64,000 nucleotides of DNA from Selaginella moellendorffii (taxonomy: Eukaryota; Plantae; Lycopodiophyta), in assembly GCF_000143415.4 (NCBI RefSeq), contig NW_003314314.1, positions 315,771 through 379,770 on the forward strand, read 5' to 3'. The position numbers were made by a program, and so were the translations under genes. The notes under the pieces were generated by a model that was given only the letters and a program-made list of their open reading frames with translations, did not search any database and was not told the DNA's origin. This document shows, in pieces, positions 1-10,480 of this stretch. Numbering within the stretch: position 1 is the first letter of the stretch; every line of letters starts with the position of its first letter.

Positions 1-95
1 TGGAAAAGGGGGTGCACTTTTATTCATGGGCCCTTTCCCTCTATATTTGAACCCTTATGGATCGTCTCTTAAGTCATTCCCTTTGGTTGCTTACA
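1..95 (-). mobile_element. Partial Cassandra-type LTR, cut by window start
   Basis: Matches the right-hand part of the LTRs at 638-821 and 1115-1309 (gtgcacttt..catgggccctttcc..tggttgcttaca) and ends in TTACA. Confidence 0.7.
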
Positions 96-546
96 AGAGT
101 GTCATAAATCCCATGGTGTTGTTCCCACATTCCAATTTGTAATAATGTGTTATTGTATATTTAGTATGTTTTTAAACTTGCGTCAGAGACTAACTCTCAG
201 GATAGAGGGTTGTGAGGGGTTCCAAATATATAATAAAGATAGTGTTTAAAAGCATTATTGACCATCTAAAATATTAGTTTGCCTTTTATTAGGCTATGTC
301 ATTCTTTATTCTACATCCAACTTGGGCACAAGTCCAAGTTTTATGTTGCTCTAGTTAGTGGGGTACCCACCTCTTTGCATTATGCCATCAGTATGCCGAA
401 ATTATGTCAAACATCGTTTGACACAATTTTGTATGAAAAAACTAGATATAGGGAGTTGGTGTTTATAGAGGATATTGAGTATATACTAGATCCTCATTTC
501 ATTGTGCAAAGGGCTTGAGTTCAGTTCCAAATACAAGTGTGCTATA
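96..546 (+). mobile_element. 3' half of an LTR related to the chromovirus LTRs at 19353-20193 and 26335-27135
   Basis: Shares motifs (ggggttccaaat, agtggggtaccc, gtatgcc.aaatt) and the terminus caagtgtgctata (vs gtgtgctaca). Closest to 17455-17925. Confidence 0.65.
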
Positions 547-637
547 ATAAAGCTTCATGCATATTTGTATAGTTCTTAAACATTGTTAAAGTGTGATTAT
601 ATTGCAGTCATTTCATCACTATGGAAGAACTTAGTTA

Positions 638-1309
638 TGTAAACTCTTGAGTTTAAATTTCTTAAGAGGTCACCTAGCCCAGTACTATTCAAACTCAAAG
701 ATGCTTAACCCCAAGTATCTCAAGACCCTTAACCGGGGGTGCACTCTTGTTCATGGGCCCTTTCCTTTTATATTTAAACTCTATGGATCGTCTTTCAAAT
801 AGCTTCTTTTAATTGTTTACAATTCACCATGCTTCTTTGCAAATTCACACCTTCGTGAACAGAAACTAAAAGCCATAGCTCTCTTGAGAGCTCTACTCTT
901 TTGACACCCTACTTCTTGGGTTGAGCCCAGTTGTAATAAATTGGACTTGCCAAATGTTAATTAACATGTCTTTTGACACCCTACCCTTGGGTCAAGCCCA
1001 GCCGGAGTACCCCTTGGGTTGAGCTCAGCTGAAGTACCCTTTGGGTCAAGCCTAGGCTAGAGCAAATTGGACTTGCCACATGTCAATTAACATGTGGTGC
1101 TATTCCCCAAAAAATGTAAGTTTCTTGAGTTTAGACTTCTTGGGAGGTCACTCAACCCAATATTACTCAAACCCAAGGACATTTAACCCCAAATATCCCA
1201 AAGCCCTTAATTAATTGGAAAAAAATGTACACTTTTGTTCATAAACTCTTTCCCTTTATATTTAAATCCCACGAATCATCTCTTGAGTCATTCCTTTTGG
1301 TTGCTTATA
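638..1309 (-). mobile_element. Complete Cassandra-type TRIM (5S rRNA-derived segment in both LTRs)
   Basis: LTRs 638-821 (TGTAA..TTACA) and 1115-1309 (TGTAA..TTATA), with a ~290-bp non-coding internal region. TSD AGTTA (633-637) / GGTTA (1310-1314). The minus strand of each LTR aligns without gaps to the A-box/IE/C-box region of plant 5S rRNA (about 38/56 and 40/56 by eye, against a 5S sequence recalled from memory). Confidence 0.8.
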
Positions 1310-1399
1310 GGTTAGTTGTACTATTAAGTGGGATCTAAAGCTTTAAATATATAATTTTGCGGATGTTTATCATTTGGAGAGTTCTTTAGATAATACTGA

Positions 1400-3461
1400 T
1401 GCCCTTTCTTGAGATTTTCTCCCTTTTTTACTCTCTTCTCATATTTCTAATGGCATATTATTCTAACATTAATGGATTTTTTGGATAAAGATTCCATACC
1501 ATCTGTAGATACTTTACTTAATATTCAATATCCACAAGGTGCAAAATTAAATTTACCTTCTTTTAATGAGGTTCTTTACCTCTTGATATTCCTCCAAATC
1601 CTAACCCATTAACCAGGAAACTTTTATTGCCTTCCATCTTTCCAACAGGAGGGGATGATGTGAGGTCCAAGTGTATTTCTATGATGTTATTAACATAATG
1701 GGATTGTGATAGTTATAAGATTGATTTTAATCTAGACCACTTGCTTTTGAATATAAGCTAGGGTTTTTAGGCTCTTGGTCTCCATACATTCCCTCTGCAT
1801 TATCAAAGCCAAACTAGCTCAACCAATTGATCTCTACAATCCAACTTTTGAACCAAAGTCTATTCTAAGTCAAAGTGATTTAGAGTGCTTTCCCAAGCCA
1901 AAACCATAGAAAAGAGCTAGTTGCCTGGAGTAAGCAATGTCTTGCTAACTTGATAAATGTTTAACAGCTCAAAGCATACCAAATCACCTCCAACTATAAG
2001 AAAGGGAATGAACTTATAGAGAAGTTGATGGTAAGGATGAGTATAATTATCCTCTTCATAGTTTGAATAATAAACATTTCAAAGAATGTATCTTCAACTC
2101 TGCTTTGTTGTGGATAGATGTGCTTTAAAAATTTGCCATAAACATACATGAACCTCACTATTAAAGAAACTATATATGTAGAATTAGTGGAGAAAGAGTT
2201 AGCTGAAGTAATTGAGCAAAAGTAATTGTTGGTTTTTGATTGTCCAGGTCCCTCAAAATATCATAAAGAGCAGCTTCCAGATTCAAGACTTGTCTATACC
2301 TTTGCCTCTTGATTGCTCTGAGTGGCTTCTTACTCCCTCTAAACTGATCAAAGAGCTCACTCACCTGTGCTGGAGAAGGAACACCTACATTCTTGAGTAT
2401 TGTCATTGAATTTGGAGTGCACACTTCATCTTCCTTCCCGTTCTTGACCTGAACTAAAAAAGGACTTAACATAAAATTTCTTGCCTCTTACACCTCTACC
2501 TTCTTGTGAAGTGCTTAGGATCACTTTCCTATTCAGGATTTGCAAAAACCTCCTCATTTTGATTATGTCAAGTCTGCACCATCCAAGTAAGCACATCTTT
2601 CTTTCTATGACCACGACCTGTGCTTAGCTTATATTGAGTCCGATCTAGGTCTGCTTCTTGAACAAATGCAACTCACAAATTGACTACTTACTTGCCATAG
2701 TCCTACTTCAACTTGTGAGGACATTGATCTTGAGGATGGAGGCCTTGAGTCCCATACACTCCACACATTGGCTAGGAATATTTTGGCTTCTTTACATTTG
2801 GATAATCTGCTTGAATATGACCAAATTCCCAACATCTATAGCATTGAGGACCTCTGCCACGGCCTCTTCCATATCCCATCCCTTGCTGCTATTGCACTCC
2901 AACTCCCAGCATACACTAGAACACTTTTGAATGCAAATTGTTGCATTGTATTCTTTTGGTATGGAACTTGTGGCTAATATGGTGATGGAGTTTGCATTTG
3001 AACATGATAATATGGAACCACAAGTACTTGTGATTGTGGGAAATTCACTGGTGGAGGCACATATTGCATATAAGGCTACTGCTGCTGCTGATAGACAGTT
3101 ACTGCTTGTGCTTATGCTCTCATAGGATGATAAAAACAATTTTTTCATTCATGGTTAGTCCGGCCACAGAATTGACAACTTACTCTCAATTGCTGGATTG
3201 GACATTCATTTGGATAGTGAACATAATTTTTGCATTCCATGCACCAGACATTTGAGCAATCACACACTAGCTGGGGAGGATTCTAAACACCCTTGATCCA
3301 ATTAACTTGTAAGTCCCTCATCTTCTTTGTAAGAGCCTTGACTAAATCTTCTTTAACCTTGTTCATTTGCACATTTAGTGATGGAGCTGGAGCTTGAAAT
3401 TGTATAGGAGCCACTGCTGGGATCAAAGTTGGAGCTGTCACACTTGCTGGATTCAAAATTC
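1400..3461 (-). mobile_element. Degenerate Ty3/gypsy pol remnant (protease/RT/RNase H), 3' part of the host element interrupted at 3462
   Basis: Minus-strand fragments such as IAYSRQL and VYGKFLKH resemble RNase H and RT motifs. Many stops and frameshifts. The gag part continues beyond 6660. Confidence 0.5.
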
Positions 3462-3466
3462 CAGGT

Positions 3467-6400
3467 TGTTATGAGCTATTCCTGGCTCATAACTAGTACG
3501 GATGCAGGACTATAGGGGATCCATATGAGACGTATATGACTGGCACAAAGGGGGAGCCTTGAGCCTTTTCTTTCCTCTTCTCTTGTTTCTCATGTGATTC
3601 ACTCATTAATGGATCACATCCTTTTTTATTGGATTCACATCCTAACATTTGGTATCGGAGCATTGATCAAGACCTTGGCAAAGATCATCCAGGATATTGC
3701 ATCATGGGAGAGAGGATTGGTCCACGTCCTTAGCATGCCTGATCTAGGGTACAGCTGTCTCAGCAAGGCATCTAACGGGAGGTGATCGCAGCGGCAATCA
3801 TTTACCCTAGGCTGTCATGGGCGATCTGGGCTTGGGCGAGAGGGAGGTGCCGGAGAGAAGCAATGCCACCATGGAACAAGGGGAAAAAGGAGGTGAAATC
3901 TTCCCCTTCAGCCGATGGAGAATCCAGCAATGTAGGAGGTGGTTGATCCATTGAATTCACCACAGGTAGTGCTTGAGCTGGTTGGTGAGTTGAGGGAGGT
4001 GTTGCAATCTTTTATGCCATGCTATGTGACAAATCATCAGCAGGACTTGGAGAGGTTCCAACAACTGCAGCATACCTTGGCCATCATTGAGCACAATCAG
4101 GCCACTATGGGTGGCAAGATAGAGGAGCTGGGAGAGCAGTGGTGGGTTTTGGCAGAGAAGCAAGAGCAGATGGGGTCTAGGGTCAAGGGCCAAGGAGACC
4201 CTGATCTGAAAGACATCGTGCACTGGTTTTTTTACGAAGATTGGTTACAAGATTCGAGTCCTAAGTTACCCCCAATGGGTGATCAACCTTGGTATGATGA
4301 CTTGCTGGAGAAGATGAAGTTGCCAGTTCCAAGGAGATACTCGGGAGGGGTCCAGGGATGGGGTCACGGTGGCAGGATTGGGAGAAGCTCAATATACCCA
4401 AGTATGATGGCACAAATGATCAATTAAGACTTCCAGATTGGATAAGGTTCCCTTTGCGTCAATCTTTTTGAAGGATCTGGCATTTGAATGGTTTCATAAC
4501 TTGGAATGAGCTTGCATATTCCCAGACTAGGAACAATTCAAAGTCTTGATCACTGACACTTTCATCTTGATCCTAGTTTTGGAGTTGCCCTTCAACAAGT
4601 TGTGCGACCTTCGCTATAACTAGCAACATCAAACTCTCCAGGCATTCAATACAAGATGGTTACGGGCCAGATATGAGGTAGTGGGAGTTTCAGACGAGAT
4701 TCTGGCCCAGCATCACGTAGCAGCGCTGCCTTCATCAATGGCAGGTGATGTTGCTCAAACCAAGCCAGTTTCTGTGTGTTAGGCAATGGTGGCAGCATTG
4801 AATGCAGACCAGCAGTTTCATGAATGGGAGTCTCGATTGCGTCGTCCCGATATAAGCAGGCCTCATTGTTAGGATTTCCCAGCTGCATCACCAACTCCAA
4901 CACCGAAAATGTTGCCGACAGTGAATAGTGATAAGGAACGCAAGCCTTGGCAAGATCTATCCACTCAAAAGTGGGCCAAACGCTCAGAGGATTTGAAGAT
5001 GGGCAAATGCTTTGATTGTGAGCAGAAATGGACACGAGGCCACCATCTGGTTTGTCCATCTCGGAAGGGTGCTACAGTTCCCAAGGCAAAGGTGGCGATG
5101 CTACATTTTTGCGAGGCTGCTTCTAGGGAATTTGTTCCAGTTGACATAGACATGGTTGATGAGGGCGAGGAGATCTTTGTTGGGAATCAGGGAACAACAG
5201 CCCGGGCTCAGAGGACCTTGACAGCTCAGGTGGCAAGGCATTTATCTCCTGCTTAGCATATTTTGGAAAGACTGGTTTGCAGTGCTTCCGGGTGTGGGGA
5301 ACAATTAATGGTAGAGTGGCATTCGGCCTGGTTGACTTTGGCGCCTCACACACGTTTGTGAATTGGCGGAGTTTATCACAACTGAAGCTCGTCCCGTTGC
5401 ACACCAATAGTCTTTTGAATGTTGAGATTGCAGATGGAGGGATGGTGGAATCATCTCAAGTGGTGGATTGTGCATTTGTGGTTGGGGAGTACACAGTGAA
5501 GGGTTGGTTTCATGTGTTGGATATGGGTGCAGTGGATGTAGTCATCGGGGTGGAGACTCTCCAGTAGCTTGGGGATATCATGGTGAACTTCCAGGAGCAA
5601 CACCTCAGCTTCAATAACAACAGCAAGAGGGTCACTTGGGCTGGTATTGAGGTTCCCCAGGAATTCCCAATGGTGTCTTATGCCCAGTGTGCTTGGATGT
5701 GCGGGAAGGGCACAATTGTCATGCCTGTTGAAGCTGGAGACCAAATAGGAGGGTTGCAAAATGCTAAGAGAGATGAGGCGATGCAGTGCAGAGTGGCTGC
5801 TAGCAAGAATTCTGTTGCTCAGCAAGAGGAGTTTCATGAGCTTCAATAAGATATTCTCATATGGATTCTGGTTGAGGAAACGATTGTTGACGATTCCAAG
5901 GGATTTTCGTAAGGTTCTCCTCTGTCATCTACCAGTTTTCAGCCACCAAGTTTCCTTGTTGGTGTCATCTAGAATAGGTGTGGAACATTCCATCATCCTA
6001 GAGGGCAACTCCATTCCAGTTACTCATCCATTTTTTAGATTATCATGGGAGAAACATTAAGAGGTTGATAGGATGAGAAATGAGCTTCTCCAGCAAGGAC
6101 TGATAGAGCCGAGTTCTAGTCCATTTGCTGCCCCCATTTTTCTGGTTCTGAAAAAAGATGGTGGTTGGCGACTGTGTGTGGACTACAGAGCACTGAACAG
6201 AATCACAGTTAAAAACAAGTTTCCTATCCCAAGGGTGGAGGAATTGATGGATGAGCTTGGGGGAGCCTGTTTCTTCACAAAGCTGGATTTTAGATCAGGG
6301 TATTATCAAATCGATGTGGTGGAACATGATCGTCACAAAACTGCATTCAGGACACACAGAGGTCTTTTCCAGTTTAAGGTGATGCCCTTTGGGCTCACAA

Positions 6401-6654
6401 ATGCACAAGCCACATTTCAAGCCGCCATGAACAAGGTGTTGGGAAGGTTCTTGTTCAACTTTGTGGTGGTGTTCTTCGATGACATCTTGATCTTCAGCCA
6501 AACTTGGAAGCTGCACCTCAATCATGTGGAACAGGTCCTGCAAGCGTTGGAGGAAGCAAGAATAGTGTGCAAGCTCACAAAGTGTTCTTTTGGTGCCGTG
6601 GAAGTGGACTACCTGGGATTTAAGGTGTTAGAGGGCTGGATTTGCATCCTAACA
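3467..6654 (+). mobile_element. Internally deleted Ty3/gypsy LTR retrotransposon (chromovirus, Reina-like) nested in another element
   Basis: 5' LTR 3467-3647 (TGTTA..TAACA) and PBS TGGTATCGGAGC at 3650. Degenerate gag with CFDCEQKWTRGHHLVC, protease LVDFGASHTFV (5277-5567) and RT 6073-6640 (LCVDYRALN, MPFGL, FFDD). Only ~18 bp of the 3' LTR remain. Perfect TSD CAGGT at 3462-3466 and 6655-6659. Confidence 0.88.
6073..6640 (+). pseudogene. Reverse transcriptase fragment of the nested Ty3/gypsy element
   Basis: ORF with SSSPFAAPIFLVLKKDGGWRLCVDYRALN, KTAFRTHRG, VMPFGLTNA and VVVFFDDILIFS, truncated by the deletion. Confidence 0.92.
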
Positions 6655-6659
6655 CAGGT

Positions 6660-7430
6660 ACTCCGCTTGGATAGACTCCTAGATTTGTATGATCTAGCAA
6701 GCCGACAGACTATGTAGCCATTCCTCCAGAGACTGATGATGCTTGAACATATCCAGAACGATTTGGCAACTTGGCTTGCTTAAACTATGATGCCAAAGTG
6801 ATTGCTCTGTCAAGATCAGCTAGTTCATGGCATCACACATAGCTCGTCACTCACTCATTAGCAGAATCTTGTAAGGCTAAAAGCATTTAAAAATGCAATC
6901 TTCAAATCATCCCAATCAGTGAAAGCTGCTCATGCCACCACTGCTGCATACCACTCTGCAGGAACATCCTTCAACATCACTGGAAAAAGTCTTTGCCACA
7001 AAGTTTGCTCACTATTTGCTGTGCTCATGTTCTCAAATGTGGTGACATGCTCTTCAAGGTCACCAAATGTCACATATGTGGGATACTTCATCCAGCTAGT
7101 AACTGCTGGTGGTGGTATTGCTGCCATCATGATAACTGATTGCTGCTGTTGGTGTTGTGGTGAACTTTGGTAAATCCCCCACTCTTCTTCCTCGGTCTGC
7201 CGACTTTTGTGGTGTTTTTTCTGAAGAAGACTCTGAATCATTTTGCTGGCACTTCTTAAATCTTGTTTCTCTATCTTTTGTCTGTTTTTCTGATTTCTCC
7301 CTTCTAAGAATATTCTCTATGGCTTTTTTTACTTGTTCTTGTTGTCGTCTCTGGCCATGCATGTACAAGTTACTACTTCACTGGCCTTCCATGCTCAGCT
7401 TCAATGCTTATGAATGCAGCTCCTAACTAA
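6660..7430 (-). mobile_element. Degenerate retrotransposon gag (5' part of the minus-strand host element)
   Basis: ORF 6930-7241 reads LEEHVTTFENM..LFPVMLKDVPAEWY, a Retrotrans_gag-like signature. There is a decayed zinc knuckle near 6700-6760. Confidence 0.55.
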
Positions 7431-8664
7431 CACGCCAAACAAGACAACTAGAAGTCCAATTAAATACTCCAAAAGCTGCATAGGAACAAAAGCTTCTATT
7501 CTTCTAACAATTCAGCCAAGACTTAGGCTAGCAGCCTAATCCACTCTTGCCTATAGTGCAGGAACATTGTACTCACTCACTGCTCATCGAATAACTTTGC
7601 TTGCTCTGCACGTCACTGCACTCGAATACACTACATCACCACATTGGCTCTACATTGTAATCCATCATTTTGCCTCTTTGACTCATGCCAAGCTCCACTT
7701 GTCATTCTCCTCCCGTCCCTAACTTTTCTTAACTTCCTTTCCTCTTGTCACGAACTCTTGGAATATCCTTCTTTTGAATATTCTCTAGAATCTTGACACC
7801 TCTCCACTTCAGCTCTCAAAAAACAGAAGAAAGTGCCAATGTTTTATCACTGACAAATAGAAGGTCATGTCATCCATTGTGCCTCATGATGTCCAAATCC
7901 AAGGTTGAACTCAAGTGGCAAAGCCAACTTAGATTTCATAAAGACCCTCCAATACATGTGAAAAAAACCTGAAGTTGTCTCATGAGCTAAAAGGTAAATA
8001 TCTTTTAGCAAATTTGTTAAAATAAATAAAACGATAGACAACTTGCCTATTTAGAATTGTATCTTTCATAGCAGTGGGGATGTGAGGTAAACAGAACATG
8101 ATAAACTTTTTTAGCTACTGAGTTTTGATTAACTTTAATTTTCTCACTAGATTTTTCAGCCATCATCCATTTGAAGAAGTTGGTAGAATCTTGTAAATTT
8201 TTGAACAACATCATTGAAGAAGTCTGTGAAAATGGAATAAGTAGGCAAAGAAGATATAGAAAGAATAAAGTTTATAATAGACTTTATAAAGTTTTTTTGT
8301 GAAGTTTCATGAGATGGTGCATGATATTGTTGACCATGTTTAGCTGGAGATCAAAGCATTATAAGTCATTAAAGAGCCCTTACTTGATAATTACTGGATA
8401 AAAAAGCCCTTCCTATTTATTCCTTAAGATTCTAAAGATTTATAGTGATAGTATATTCTAACCCCATGCACTACAAAAATAAACACTATTTAATTATTAC
8501 AGCTACAATCTCATTTCTTTGTTTTTTTCTGTTTAGTAAACTCATGCTGTAGGTTAGAAAGTTGTTTGAGCTCAATTAGTATATACTAATACTTAGTTCT
8601 ATAGCCAGTTTGATCCAAAGTCAAATATTTGAGAGACAAGAGAATGTAAACATCTTTTGGGATG

Positions 8665-8880
8665 TATGTGGTGGTGGATATACCTAGAATATACTTAAAT
8701 ATTCTAGGATATTCTACTATTTAAAGAGTATTATTTATTCTTTATAAAACATGTTTACAATTTATAAACTTTCCTACATACTTCCTAGTATATTCTTATT
8801 TATTGTACCATCTAATGGTTGATATGCAATAAGGTTAATCTTGATTTATAAACTATAAACTTAATTATAATTATTAATCA
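8665..8880. mobile_element. Fragment of an AT-rich foldback/MITE family
   Basis: Similar to the left arm and interior of the foldback element at 61885-62300 (ctagaatat..atattcta..tttataaactttc..ctagtatattctt). Confidence 0.45.
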
Positions 8881-10480
8881 ATTGAATTATTTAATAATAC
8901 TAAATAGCAATGACACTACTATTAAGCAGATCAAATGTTGCTACATGCAAGGCACAACAAATTATATTTCTATAGGGTGTTGCCAAGTCACAGTAGAAAT
9001 CTATAATAATAAAAAGAAGTTGCCAAACCTTTTGGATTATCAAATCCTAACTGTCAAAGAGTCATTTTATAACCATGTCTTAGTGAATAATTGTGTTGAT
9101 GAGGTTGCCAATTGCACGGGCCAAGAGAAGAAATCATTCATGTTGACTAAATTCTAAAGCATTGACATAACCTTTTGCACTCTGACCTCTGCCATCAAGT
9201 TGTATGGAGACTCACTTGAGAGTGGTGATTCACGCTGCACCTTCTTCTCCAGCGTTATGATTTCACTGTGCAAAACACCTAATTGCAAATGCTAGGTTTG
9301 CATATCTTCGATTTTCTTGTTGGATTGCTTCTAGAGTGCCATGATTCATAGCTCCCCAATCTCTTTATTGCCACCAGCATGCTCTCAATGGATTCCAGGG
9401 TTTCTCTACAGGTGTGCAGCAGCATCGTGGGTGAAAGGGTGAAGCTAAGCACCAAGATCAATGTGCTAATATCTATGCTTGAGAAAATCATTAGTGTCAA
9501 GTCGATCAAGTCAATAGTTCCCACAATGCTCAAGCTTGTCAAAGGGCCACTCCAAAAGGCTGGTTTCAAGCTCAAGATTGGCATGAGTGGCAGCAAGAGG
9601 AGTGGCTCACTAACTTTTCTTCTCAACCTTAAGGTCACTGGAGTGTTATGACATCCAGAACGTTTTTGTGATGGATCAATCCTTGGTAGAATCTGCAAGC
9701 CATGGTTTGAGTTCACACTTGAGGTAACTTCCAAGGCTTAAAGTTCATGTTTATTCAAACTCTTAGGAAATGGTTAAATAATTTGATTTTCTGATGTGAT
9801 TCCAAGCTCCAAACAAAGTTATAGTGACATGTTTGTAAGTTGATTGTCAAATTGCTCACATAAATGCATGTACTGAATGAAAATCGTAGACCTGGCTGTG
9901 ATTAACTCAGCTTTAACCAGCTACTTAATTTAGGACCTTAGGGACTCTAATTTGGGGTCTAAAAACCATGTAGAATATAGTGATCAGTCATCCAAACAAT
10001 TTCTCTTTGCAGAAGCAAACTAAACAGATGTAGAGACAGTGAAAGTCTTAATGCTTGATAAAATGGAATGTAATTACTTTCCTTTCCCAGAATGAGTGAT
10101 TCCAACTTAGGTTTTGACTAAAATCCTAACGATTTGATTTCCTTTGTCTTTCAAACTTTTATGTGGCTAGATCCAGACATTCATAAGCACACTTCCAGCC
10201 AAAGTGTCTTGTAGCATTGTAGGAGGTAATTGATTTTATAATGTTTAGTCTATGTGTTTGTAATGGGATTTTGTAGTTATATAGATGGCTTCTGGGATCT
10301 GATAGTTTCCTACATGTTTATGGTTACTTCCTCAAATACAACAATTGCTATTTTGATACTATTCCAACTTAATTTTTAAAAAACTATAAAGTCCAGATTG
10401 CATATTGCTAATCTATACATTAATGTGAAATACATTTAGTAAGGGTTAGGGCATTAAAGGCATTTTGCAAAGGGCAAGCT

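Noticed and set aside
650-712. 5S rRNA gene
   Set aside because: Only ~56 nt of the internal control region match, and they are embedded in LTRs. This is a TE-borne fragment, not an rRNA gene.
900-1095. CRISPR-like array
   Set aside because: Eukaryotic context, degenerate adjacent repeats with no unique spacers, and no cas genes.
8882-9750. LINE remnants (RNase H-like on +, ORF1-like on -)
   Set aside because: Only faint motif resemblance with many stops. It cannot be supported without a profile search.
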